From assembly GCA_964404005.1 (NCBI GenBank), contig CAYOIH010000001.1:226-64225 (forward strand): a stretch of DNA of 64,000 nucleotides. The letters are read 5' to 3'. This DNA comes from an uncultured Candidatus Saccharibacteria bacterium. GTDB lineage: Bacteria > Patescibacteriota > Minisyncoccia > Minisyncoccales > Staskawiczbacteraceae. The position numbers and the translations under genes are program-made. A model generated the notes under the pieces. That model searched no databases, was not told the origin of the DNA, and was given only the letters and a program-made list of their open reading frames with translations. Shown in pieces: positions 47,824 to 56,710 of this stretch (position 1 is its first letter; each line of letters starts with the position of its first letter).

Positions 47824-48735
47824 ATGGATTTAGAAAATAAAAAGATTTTAGTAACCGGCGGGTTGGGTTTTATCGGAAGCCACACAGTTTTAGCTTTATT
47901 AGAAAGAGGAGCTTGTATTGTTGTAGTAGATAATTTACCGTCAGCAGATATAAAAAGTATTGATGCCAGAATAAAATTTTATGATTTGGATATAGCAAGC
48001 GCATCTCTAGGGAAAGTTTTTAAAAGAGAAATCCCGGAAATTGTTTATCATTTTGCTTTTGATATTTCATTACATAAATCTTTAGGTGAGGACATCGGAC
48101 GGGAAAGTGTAAAAGCCATTTCTAATTTGTTAGAGAATTGTAATAAATACGGAGTTAAAAAATTTATATTAGCTTCTTCGGGCGCAGTTTATGGTAATCC
48201 GGAAAATTTTCCAATTAATGAAGGGGATCCGATGAAGCCAGTCGCCCCTTACGGCGTCATAAAAATTCTTGTAGAGGATTGCGTAAAGAAGTTGCACGGA
48301 TTAAATTATGTAATTTTAAGATATGCGACAGTTTACGGTCCTGGTCAGCGGGGAGGAGCGATGTCTGATTATATCCGCAAATTATCTTCTGGCGAGCAAG
48401 CAGATGTATGGGGGGATGGAAGCAAGACAAGAGATTATGTATATATAAATGACGTTGTTAGGGCCAATCTTCTGGCCCTTCAGGTGCCGGACGATTTCGA
48501 AGATCCAGTTTTTAATGTTAGTACGGGAGTGGAGACAACATTAAATGACCTCTATTATAAAGTAGCAGAACTCTTGAGTAAAAAAGCTGATCCCAGATAT
48601 TTGCCAGACAGGCCGGGAGAGCTAATGAGATATCAGTTAGATTATTCAAAAATAAAAAGAGTTTTAGGGTGGGAGCCAGAATATAGTTTGGAGAAGGGAT
48701 TAAAAAAAAGATTACACGAAGAAAATTTAATTTAA
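47824..48735 (+). CDS. NAD-dependent epimerase/dehydratase (GalE-like)
   Basis: TGGLGFIGS, YGVIK, YGPGQ, TRDYVY. Confidence 0.88.
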   Translation: MDLENKKILVTGGLGFIGSHTVLALLERGACIVVVDNLPSADIKSIDARIKFYDLDIASASLGKVFKREIPEIVYHFAFDISLHKSLGEDIGRESVKAISNLLENCNKYGVKKFILASSGAVYGNPENFPINEGDPMKPVAPYGVIKILVEDCVKKLHGLNYVILRYATVYGPGQRGGAMSDYIRKLSSGEQADVWGDGSKTRDYVYINDVVRANLLALQVPDDFEDPVFNVSTGVETTLNDLYYKVAELLSKKADPRYLPDRPGELMRYQLDYSKIKRVLGWEPEYSLEKGLKKRLHEENLI

Positions 48736-48736
48736 T

Positions 48737-49600
48737 ATGCTTACTTTATTTTCAACGCCACGACCATTCAAGGGTTCTTTTAACAGGATTCAAAGGAATT
48801 CTATAGAAAGCTGGAAAGCAGTATGCCCCGACTGTCAAATTATTTTGTTTGAAGACGAAGACGGGACGACTTCTAAGATTGCGGAAGAATTACGGGTTGA
48901 GTGTGTAAAGAACCGTGAGTCTAGTAAATTTGGCACACCGCTGTTGAGTAGTTTATTCGATATCGCAAAAGAAAAATCCAAACATGAAATTATAGTTCAA
49001 ATAAGCACAGATATTATCTTAACTAATGATTTTTTGCCGTCAGTAAAAAAGGTAGTAGAAGCCATGGGCGATAAGCCGTTTTTAATGGCGGGGAGAAGGC
49101 GGGATTTAAATTTTGAAGAAAAAATTGACTTTACCCAAAAGGATTGGCAAATTAAAATAATAAATTTGGCCGAGAAGAAGGGAAGACTTCACGCTCCGTC
49201 TGCAATGGATTATTGGGTTTTGCCTCGCAATATGCCTTTGGAATTTCCCAAATTTATTATTGGGCGCCCCGGTACCGATAGCTGGCTGGTATATGAATTA
49301 AGAAAAAGGAAGATTTCTGTTATCAATTCAACCGAAGCCATTAGCGCCATTCACCAGAATCACAATTATCCGCAAAAAGGTAAGCCGTTTTTTGCAGTTG
49401 AAAAAGCCTATAATCTAAAGTTGGCAGGCGGATTTATGAATTTATTAACGTTGCGAGAAGCAGATTGGATTTTAACGAAAAATGGCTTAGAAAAGCCAAA
49501 ATTTCCCCAGCGTATTTTTTCCGAATTAGCTCTTTATTACCCATGGAGGCTTTTAATACTAATCAAACGAAAGATTGATATCTTATTAAACAGATGGTGA
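48737..49600 (+). CDS. hypothetical GT-A-like protein
   Basis: IQRNSIESW, GTPLL, STDII, HQNH; cluster context. Confidence 0.55.
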   Translation: MLTLFSTPRPFKGSFNRIQRNSIESWKAVCPDCQIILFEDEDGTTSKIAEELRVECVKNRESSKFGTPLLSSLFDIAKEKSKHEIIVQISTDIILTNDFLPSVKKVVEAMGDKPFLMAGRRRDLNFEEKIDFTQKDWQIKIINLAEKKGRLHAPSAMDYWVLPRNMPLEFPKFIIGRPGTDSWLVYELRKRKISVINSTEAISAIHQNHNYPQKGKPFFAVEKAYNLKLAGGFMNLLTLREADWILTKNGLEKPKFPQRIFSELALYYPWRLLILIKRKIDILLNRW

Positions 49601-50850
49601 ACAAAAAGATTGTTTATTTATTTTTAGTATTGCTTGTCGCGGCGATATCTTTGTCGCCCAGGCTTTCTTTGGGGCTTATACCAAACACCGGAAGAAGCGT
49701 TGACATAAGAGCAGAAGATATGGTCCTTTGCTTCAGTTTAATCTTGGGGATATTTCATATTTTGGCATCGGGCAGATGTAGATTTAAACGGCCACCACTG
49801 TTTTGGCCTATTTTGGCGTGGATTCTATTTGGTCTTTTCAGCGTGTTGGTAAATTTATTATTTAGGGATGTTAATTTAAAAATAACAATCTTTTATTTTT
49901 TAAAGGAGGTAGAATTTTTCCTTGTTTATTTCTTCGTCTTTTACTGCGCCAGGAGTATTGATCCTGGAAAGCGACTGATAAAATATTGGATATTTTTTTC
50001 TTTGGTAAATATTTTTTGGCTGGTTTATGTTTTTATTTTTAATATCCAGTGGTCTATACAGCCATATGGTCCGAATGCATTTATTGAACCAGGCGGTCCG
50101 TTTCCAAGCGGCGGATTTTTTTTGTTGCTTTTTATATTCTTTTTAAATCTTTTTATTTTTTATTACAGTAAATTAAATACTTCTAAAATCAAAAAAATGC
50201 TCCTTTTTGTTGTTTGCATTTTACCGGCGATAGGCGTGATGTGGTCCGGATCAATGGCGGCTACCATAGGGTTGTTTGTTTCCATAATTGTTTCTTTGTT
50301 TATATTATTTAAGGATCGGCTGGATTTTGCAGGGACAATTAAAATAATAATTTTAATAGCGGTAATTTTGGGAATTGTTATAGCTGCGATACGTGTATTG
50401 CCCGTGCCACAAAAAATAATTTCGTTTAAAAAAATAATTTTTGAATATGATTCAAATTCGCCGGTATCCAGGGGAGGAATTTTTGAGAGGAACTTAACTA
50501 CACTGGCAGAGCATCCGACATATTTAGTTTTTGGAGCGGGCGTTTTAGGCGAAGCCCATAGTCAGTATATGAGAGTGCTTTTAGAAAGAGGCATCATCGG
50601 ACTATTTTTATTTTTTTGGCTGATGTGGTCCATATTGAAAATCTCATATAATAGTTTTAAAGAAAAAGATGATTTATTCAAAAAAGGTCTAAGCGCCGGG
50701 CTATTTGTTGCTACTGTTTCCATGCTAATAATGGCTATTCCAAACGACGTTTTTATGGTGGTGAAGCCCGATGAAGTCTATTGGTTTTTTGCTGCAATGA
50801 CAATGGCGCTAATATCTATGCCTTCAGAAATAAAACAAACAGCCAATTAA
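49594..50850 (+). CDS. Wzy polymerase / O-antigen ligase family membrane protein
   Basis: ~11 TM segments, AHSQY..ERGIIG motif. Confidence 0.7.
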   Translation: MVNKKIVYLFLVLLVAAISLSPRLSLGLIPNTGRSVDIRAEDMVLCFSLILGIFHILASGRCRFKRPPLFWPILAWILFGLFSVLVNLLFRDVNLKITIFYFLKEVEFFLVYFFVFYCARSIDPGKRLIKYWIFFSLVNIFWLVYVFIFNIQWSIQPYGPNAFIEPGGPFPSGGFFLLLFIFFLNLFIFYYSKLNTSKIKKMLLFVVCILPAIGVMWSGSMAATIGLFVSIIVSLFILFKDRLDFAGTIKIIILIAVILGIVIAAIRVLPVPQKIISFKKIIFEYDSNSPVSRGGIFERNLTTLAEHPTYLVFGAGVLGEAHSQYMRVLLERGIIGLFLFFWLMWSILKISYNSFKEKDDLFKKGLSAGLFVATVSMLIMAIPNDVFMVVKPDEVYWFFAAMTMALISMPSEIKQTAN

Positions 50851-50862
50851 TCCATTAATTCT

Positions 50863-51888
50863 ATGGCAGATCAATCATCAATATCTATAATTATTCCGTG
50901 CAGAAATGAGGAAAAATTTATTTCCAAATGCTTGGATTCGATTTTAAACAACGATTATCTCCGCCTTCATCAAGATTTCGGCGGACAGGCAAAAGATAAA
51001 ATGGAAATTTTTGTCGTCGACGGCATGAGCCGGGACAAGACCGCGGAAATAGTAAAAAAATATATAGAAAAATATCCATTTATAAAATTGCTGGATAATC
51101 CAAAATTTATTGCATCGGCGGCTTTAAATATAGGGATTAAGGCATCTAAGGGAGGTATTATTATAAGGATGGATGCGCATGCAATATATGATAAATGTTA
51201 TATTTCAAAATGCGTGAATTATTTAAAAATGAATGGCGCTGACAATGTTGGGGGAGTAATATCTATAATTCCCAGGACAAATACTCCGATTGGCAGGGGA
51301 ATAGCCAGGGCAACCTCTTCATTTTTAGGAACCGGGGGAGCCCGATATAAAACCGGTACTGAAAAATTTGAGGAAGTTGATACGGTTCCATTTGGATGTT
51401 TCAGAAGGGACGTGTTTGATAGAATTGGTTTTTTCAACGAAAATTTAAAGAGGAGTCAGGATATGGAATTTAATATAAGATTGAAAAAATCCGGAGGAAA
51501 AATTTATTTATTTACAGACATAGTTAGTCATTATTATGTAAGGTCAGAATTGAAAGATTTTTTTGTGCATAACTTTAAAGATGGAATTTGGGCGATTTAT
51601 CCTTTTAAATTTACTAAAAGACTTTTTAAACTAAGGCACTACATACCGCTAGTTTTTGTTTCCGGATTAATTATTACTTTTTTTCTGGGCATGCTTATAA
51701 AACCATTTTATTATATTTTCTTAGCTGAAATTTTGTTTTATATTTTGGTTATATTATATGCGGCGGTTGAAGTTTCTTTGAAAGAAAAAGATGCAACATG
51801 TCTATTTTCCCTGCCCATCGCATTAGCTACTCGGCATTTTGCCTACGGTTTTGGTTCAGTTTTTGGTATAATAAAATTGCTAATATGA
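50863..51888 (+). CDS. GT2 glycosyltransferase (ExoA-like)
   Basis: IIPCRNEE, RMDAH, DTVPFG, QDMEFN; family C insert at 50960-50987. Confidence 0.88.
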   Translation: MADQSSISIIIPCRNEEKFISKCLDSILNNDYLRLHQDFGGQAKDKMEIFVVDGMSRDKTAEIVKKYIEKYPFIKLLDNPKFIASAALNIGIKASKGGIIIRMDAHAIYDKCYISKCVNYLKMNGADNVGGVISIIPRTNTPIGRGIARATSSFLGTGGARYKTGTEKFEEVDTVPFGCFRRDVFDRIGFFNENLKRSQDMEFNIRLKKSGGKIYLFTDIVSHYYVRSELKDFFVHNFKDGIWAIYPFKFTKRLFKLRHYIPLVFVSGLIITFFLGMLIKPFYYIFLAEILFYILVILYAAVEVSLKEKDATCLFSLPIALATRHFAYGFGSVFGIIKLLI

Positions 51889-52664
51889 TAGAAGAAAGAA
51901 AAAAAACAGAAATTAATCATTATGACAGAAAAGCATCGGAATGGTTAAAAAAAGAACAAAGAGGAGATTTTGAGGGATTCAACCCTTTTTTATTATCCGG
52001 TTATAAATTTTTGCAAGAATATTTAAGAGATAAATGTAAGGGCAAAAAAATATTAGATTACGGCTGTGGCAATGGAGTACATTATCCCTGGTTAGTAAAA
52101 TTTGGCGGAGAAGTTGTGGGCGTAGATTTGTCTGAAAAATCTTTAGAGGTAGCCAAAAAAATAGCAGAAAAAGGGGGGATAAGCGATAAGGCCAAATTTT
52201 TAATTGCAGATTGTGAAAGATTGGAATTTTCCGATAGTTCATTCGATATAATATTTGATGGCGGTACCTTCTCTTCTTTAGACCTAAATAAGGCATACCC
52301 AGAATTAGCTAGAGTTTTAAAGCCGGGAGGGTTTTTGATCGGTATAGAAACTTTTGGACATAATCCGTTCACAAATTTAAAAAGGCAGATTAATAAAATT
52401 GTAGGCAGAAGAACCGGCTGGGCAGCGTCTCATATATTCAGAAATGATGATATAAAAAAAGCAGATACTTTTTTCGGAAAGAAGCAAATATTTTATTTTC
52501 ACCTTATTTCTTGGGCCGCATTCCCTTTATTAAAAATCACAGGAGGTGTTTATCTTTTGAAAATATTGGAGGTTTTTGACAGGATTTTATTAAAAATTTC
52601 ATTCTTTAAAAAATATTCTTTTAAAGTAGTGTTTATATTTTCTGATCCCAAAAAACAATTATGA
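51885..52664 (+). CDS. class I SAM methyltransferase
   Basis: LDYGCGNG, GVDLS, RVLKPGG. Confidence 0.85.
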   Translation: MIEERKKTEINHYDRKASEWLKKEQRGDFEGFNPFLLSGYKFLQEYLRDKCKGKKILDYGCGNGVHYPWLVKFGGEVVGVDLSEKSLEVAKKIAEKGGISDKAKFLIADCERLEFSDSSFDIIFDGGTFSSLDLNKAYPELARVLKPGGFLIGIETFGHNPFTNLKRQINKIVGRRTGWAASHIFRNDDIKKADTFFGKKQIFYFHLISWAAFPLLKITGGVYLLKILEVFDRILLKISFFKKYSFKVVFIFSDPKKQL

Positions 52665-52668
52665 TAAA

Positions 52669-52746
52669 CCCCGTTAGAAATTTTACTAAATGGGGATAAT
52701 AAAATAAAGATAATTAGTATGAAAAAACCTGCTATTTCTAACGGGG
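52669..52746. mobile_element. family B element, 78 nt, interrupting the original gene start
   Basis: TAAA|CCCCGTTAGAAAT...ATTTCTAACGGGG|TAAA. Confidence 0.85.
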
Positions 52747-53336
52747 TAAAAAGATTGTTTGATATAATTTTTTCTGCGATAGGGTTGGTAATTACTTTTC
52801 CAATATTTTTATATGTGGTTTTTTTGATTAAAAGGGAATCGCCCGGGCCGATTTTTTATCGAGCACAAAGGATTGGTAAAAATAGAAAAGCTTTTGTAAT
52901 GTATAAATTTAGGACAATGGTTGTTGGCGCCGATAAAATTGGGGGACCATCAACCGCCGCCGACGACCCCAGGCTTACAAAAATCGGCTTATTTCTAAAG
53001 AAGTACCAACTTGATGAATTGCCCCAACTTATAAACGTTTTTAAAGGCGATATGAGTTTTGTGGGACCAAGGCCAGAAGTGAAGATATACGTTGATATGA
53101 TGACAGAAGAGGAAAAAAATGTTATCTTATCGGTACGTCCCGGTATTACAGACTTGGCATCATTATGGAACTTTCACGAGGCAGAAATATTAAAAGGAAG
53201 CACAGACCCGGAGAAAACATATATGGAGGAAATAAGACCCGAAAAGTTAAGACTCCAGCAAGAATATGTAAAAAAATCTTCTATTTGGCTGGACATTAAA
53301 ATAATTTGGCAGACGGTTTTAAAGGTATTTAAATAA
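52719..53336 (+). CDS. initiating phosphoglycosyl (sugar) transferase
   Basis: KRLFDI, YKFRTM, DELPQL, MSFVGPRPE, RPGIT. Confidence 0.92.
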   Translation: MKKPAISNGVKRLFDIIFSAIGLVITFPIFLYVVFLIKRESPGPIFYRAQRIGKNRKAFVMYKFRTMVVGADKIGGPSTAADDPRLTKIGLFLKKYQLDELPQLINVFKGDMSFVGPRPEVKIYVDMMTEEEKNVILSVRPGITDLASLWNFHEAEILKGSTDPEKTYMEEIRPEKLRLQQEYVKKSSIWLDIKIIWQTVLKVFK

Positions 53337-54133
53337 TGGAAAAAGGCTACAAACAATTAGCTAATAATGCTCGCAAAAAAGTTTTGGAAATGATTTGGAA
53401 AGCTCAATCCGGCCACATCGGCTCTAATTTTTCGGCAATAGATATACTGACCGTTTTATATAACATTGCCAATATAGATAAAAATATGGAGGAGGGCAGG
53501 GACAGAATAGTCGTTTCCAAGGGCTGGGTCGCAGCTTCAGTTTATTATTTTTTAGCGGAAAAGGGCATAATCCCTCAAAAGGATTTAGAAACTTATTGTC
53601 AAAAAGACAGCAAATATATCGGCCTAGCAGAGCCCAATATAAGGGGGATAGAAGCGGCCGGCGGATCGATGGGTTTTGGCCTGCCCTTTGGAGTCGGGTT
53701 TGCTTTAGCAAAAAAAATAAAAAAAGAGAAAGGTAAAGTTTTTGTTTTAATGTCTGACGGAGAGATAGGAGTAGGAACCACATGGGAGTCGGCCCTAATT
53801 GCCGTTCAACATAAGCTTGATAATTTAACTGTGATTATTGATGCAAATGGATTGCAGGCAATGGGAAAGGTAAAAGATATTTTAAATATTGAACCGCTAA
53901 AAGATAAATGGCTAGCGTTCGGTTGGGATGTTTATGAAATAGACGGTCATGATTTTGGACAAATAGAGGAGACAATTTTGGGTGCAGATAAAATAAAAGG
54001 AAAGCCCAGTGTTATAATTGCCAGAACAACAAAAGGCAAAGGAGTGAGTTTCATGGAGGGAAATAATATTTATCATTACAAAGCCCCATCTGACAAAGAA
54101 TATCAGGCGGCGCTAAAAGAATTATCAAAATAA
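53336..54133 (+). CDS. transketolase N-terminal (ThDP-binding) subunit
   Basis: SGHIGS, SKG, GSMGFGL, SDGE..WES..DAN, TKGKG. Confidence 0.88.
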   Translation: MEKGYKQLANNARKKVLEMIWKAQSGHIGSNFSAIDILTVLYNIANIDKNMEEGRDRIVVSKGWVAASVYYFLAEKGIIPQKDLETYCQKDSKYIGLAEPNIRGIEAAGGSMGFGLPFGVGFALAKKIKKEKGKVFVLMSDGEIGVGTTWESALIAVQHKLDNLTVIIDANGLQAMGKVKDILNIEPLKDKWLAFGWDVYEIDGHDFGQIEETILGADKIKGKPSVIIARTTKGKGVSFMEGNNIYHYKAPSDKEYQAALKELSK

Positions 54134-54136
54134 AAA

Positions 54137-54643
54137 ATGGCTGAAATAATAAAAAAACAAGATACAAGGCGCGAGTTTGCAAGCACTCTTATGGAATTAG
54201 CCCGAAAGGACAATAAGATTGTTTTAATTATTCCGGACGTTGGTTTTAACTATCTCGAGGAATTCCAGAAAAGTTTTCCTGACAGATTTTTTAATTTTGG
54301 CGTAACAGAGCAATCTGCCATGATAATTGCCGCGGGTTTGGCGCTGTCAGGATTTAAGCCGTATATATATAGTATGATTAATTTTGTTGTCTTCAGGCCA
54401 TATGAAATGGTCAGAAATGCTGTTTGCATGCACAACGCCAACGTAAAAATTATTGGAGTAAAAGGAAGCGAAAAATATAAATTTTTGGGTTTTAGTCACA
54501 ATCTGATTTCTGAAGACGAAGATATTAGGGCTGTAGAAAACCTTCCAAATTTTAAATCTTTTATTATTACAGACCCGAAAGAAGTCAGAAAAATCATTTT
54601 AGAAACATATCAAAATAATTCGCCTTGCTATATAAGAATTTAA
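54137..54643 (+). CDS. transketolase pyrimidine-binding subunit (short, no C-terminal domain)
   Basis: FPDRFFNFGVTEQ, AGLA, GFSH, PCYIRI. Confidence 0.82.
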   Translation: MAEIIKKQDTRREFASTLMELARKDNKIVLIIPDVGFNYLEEFQKSFPDRFFNFGVTEQSAMIIAAGLALSGFKPYIYSMINFVVFRPYEMVRNAVCMHNANVKIIGVKGSEKYKFLGFSHNLISEDEDIRAVENLPNFKSFIITDPKEVRKIILETYQNNSPCYIRI

Positions 54644-54651
54644 AACATTAG

Positions 54652-55590
54652 ATGAAAAAAAATTTTGAACAATTAAATAGCCCGGAATTTGGGGAAGCTG
54701 ATGAAGCAATAGAGAAGGAAAAAGTAGCTTATAGAGAAATTATTGGGTTACCCGAGGGTGAGGACCCCGATTTAATTCTTGTATTGGATGCTGGCATCGC
54801 CGAAAGGAAAGTTTTTGGCGAATCACGATACGTTCCCACTTCATATGAAGACGAGACCGGAAATTTTTCAGAGCAAGCCGTGGCCGATAAATCAAAATAT
54901 AACTTGCGCAAAACTGATCAAGGAAATTTTTTAGTTGGCGCAGGGGGCGGTAAGGCGCGGGTATTGGCTGTAAGGAATTTATCGGAGGTTTTTACCAATG
55001 TGGGTATAATTACAGATAGCCGATATCCTGTTGGCGAAAGCGATCAGCCGGATTTTCCCGAAGTTCATTCTCAAATATATAAAAGATATTTAGAGAGAGC
55101 AGGCATTCCTTCTGATAGAATAGAAGAAGAAAATGAATCAACGACAACTTTTGAAGGATTGATAAATTTTTTATTGATTGCTGTGAATGAAAAGAGAAAT
55201 CATCTTGTTGTTGTGACAAACGATTATCATTTACCAAGAACAGAAAAAATAATGGATCTTCTTATGGATAAGGAAAAGGCGCAGAAGCTAAGATATATAT
55301 TTGCAAGGATGCCCGAGGAATACCGAAGGAAGATAGGGGCAAAAATTGAGCACCATGATGACGGAGGGGTTGATTTGTCTTTTGATGACGAAGCATTTTT
55401 TGAAAAGCTGAAGGGTGTTTCCGTAATCGTCGTGTCCGCCGAGGATATCTTGGCCTATGATAATCCGCATTATAAAAATCTGTTTGATAAGGTTAGAAAT
55501 ACCGTCGCATATAAAAAGAGAGTAAATGCTGAGCAGAAAGGCATACGCCAGCTTGAAGATGGGGTATATGGTAAAATAAGAAAAGAATAA
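54652..55590 (+). CDS. hypothetical protein with DUF218/ElyC-like motifs
   Basis: GIPSDRIEEENESTTTFE and VVTNDYHLPR. Confidence 0.55.
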   Translation: MKKNFEQLNSPEFGEADEAIEKEKVAYREIIGLPEGEDPDLILVLDAGIAERKVFGESRYVPTSYEDETGNFSEQAVADKSKYNLRKTDQGNFLVGAGGGKARVLAVRNLSEVFTNVGIITDSRYPVGESDQPDFPEVHSQIYKRYLERAGIPSDRIEEENESTTTFEGLINFLLIAVNEKRNHLVVVTNDYHLPRTEKIMDLLMDKEKAQKLRYIFARMPEEYRRKIGAKIEHHDDGGVDLSFDDEAFFEKLKGVSVIVVSAEDILAYDNPHYKNLFDKVRNTVAYKKRVNAEQKGIRQLEDGVYGKIRKE

Positions 55591-55603
55591 TTTAAAAAAT
55601 ATT

Positions 55604-56704
55604 ATGAGTAAAGTTCCATTTGTTGGATATAGAACCCAATATCAAAATTTAAAGCAAGAAATTGATTTTGCAATGCAGGATGTTTTGGCTAGAGGGGACT
55701 TGATTATGCGGAAAGATAACGATGAGTTTGAAAAGAAGCTAGCGGAATTTGTTGGTACAAAATATGCTATTGGATTGAATAGTGGAACAGACGCCTTATT
55801 TTTATCTTTGCTTGCCTTGAATATTGGGAAAGGAGACGAGGTAATAACGGTTTCCCACACGTTTGTTGCTTCAATAGCTGTTATAGTACAAACAGGAGCC
55901 GTGCCAGTACTGATTGAAGTTGGTGAAGATTTTGAAATGGACGCAGATAAAATTGAAGCTGCAATAACCAAAAATACAAAAGCAATTATTCCAGTCCATT
56001 ATAATGGCAGGATGGCCGATATGGATAGAATAATGGAAATTGCAAAAAAGCATAATCTTTATGTTATTGAAGATGCGGCTCAAGGGTTGGGGGCAAGTTT
56101 AAATGGGAAAAAAGCTGGCTCCATAGGCAATACCGGATGTTTTAGTTTTTATCCTGCAAAAATATTAGGATGCTTTGGAGATGGCGGAGCACTGACTACA
56201 AATGATGAAAAAATAATCGAGAAAATAAAATTATTAAGAGATCACGGCCAGAAAACAAAAACAGAATTGGTTTGTTTTGGCTGGAATTCAAGATTGGATA
56301 ATTTGCAAGCAGCTGTTTTAAATGTAAAAATGAATTATTTACCGCAGTGGCTGGAAAGAAGGCGTGATATAGCAAAAACTTATAATGCCGGGTTGGCTGA
56401 TGTAAAACAAGTAAAAACTCCTTTTGGGTTTGAATCGGAGGATAGATACGATGTTTTTCAAAATTATGTTTTGAGAGCAGAAAAAAGAGATGAATTGTAC
56501 GGCTTCTTAAAAGAAAAAGAAGTAGAAACACTGATAAAAGATCCTGTGGCAAATCACCTGCAGGAAGGTTTAAATCTTTCTTATTTCAGTCTTCCTTTCA
56601 CGGAACTGCTTTCCAAAGAAGTTATTTCTTTGCCGATGTATCCGGAATTAATAGATGAACAAATAAAATACGTCGTAGGGTGCATTAAAGATTTTTATAA
56701 GTAG
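55604..56704 (+). CDS. DegT-family sugar aminotransferase
   Basis: SGTDAL, EDAAQ, SFYPAKILGCFGDGG, NSRLD. Confidence 0.92.
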   Translation: MSKVPFVGYRTQYQNLKQEIDFAMQDVLARGDLIMRKDNDEFEKKLAEFVGTKYAIGLNSGTDALFLSLLALNIGKGDEVITVSHTFVASIAVIVQTGAVPVLIEVGEDFEMDADKIEAAITKNTKAIIPVHYNGRMADMDRIMEIAKKHNLYVIEDAAQGLGASLNGKKAGSIGNTGCFSFYPAKILGCFGDGGALTTNDEKIIEKIKLLRDHGQKTKTELVCFGWNSRLDNLQAAVLNVKMNYLPQWLERRRDIAKTYNAGLADVKQVKTPFGFESEDRYDVFQNYVLRAEKRDELYGFLKEKEVETLIKDPVANHLQEGLNLSYFSLPFTELLSKEVISLPMYPELIDEQIKYVVGCIKDFYK

Positions 56705-56710
56705 AAATTT

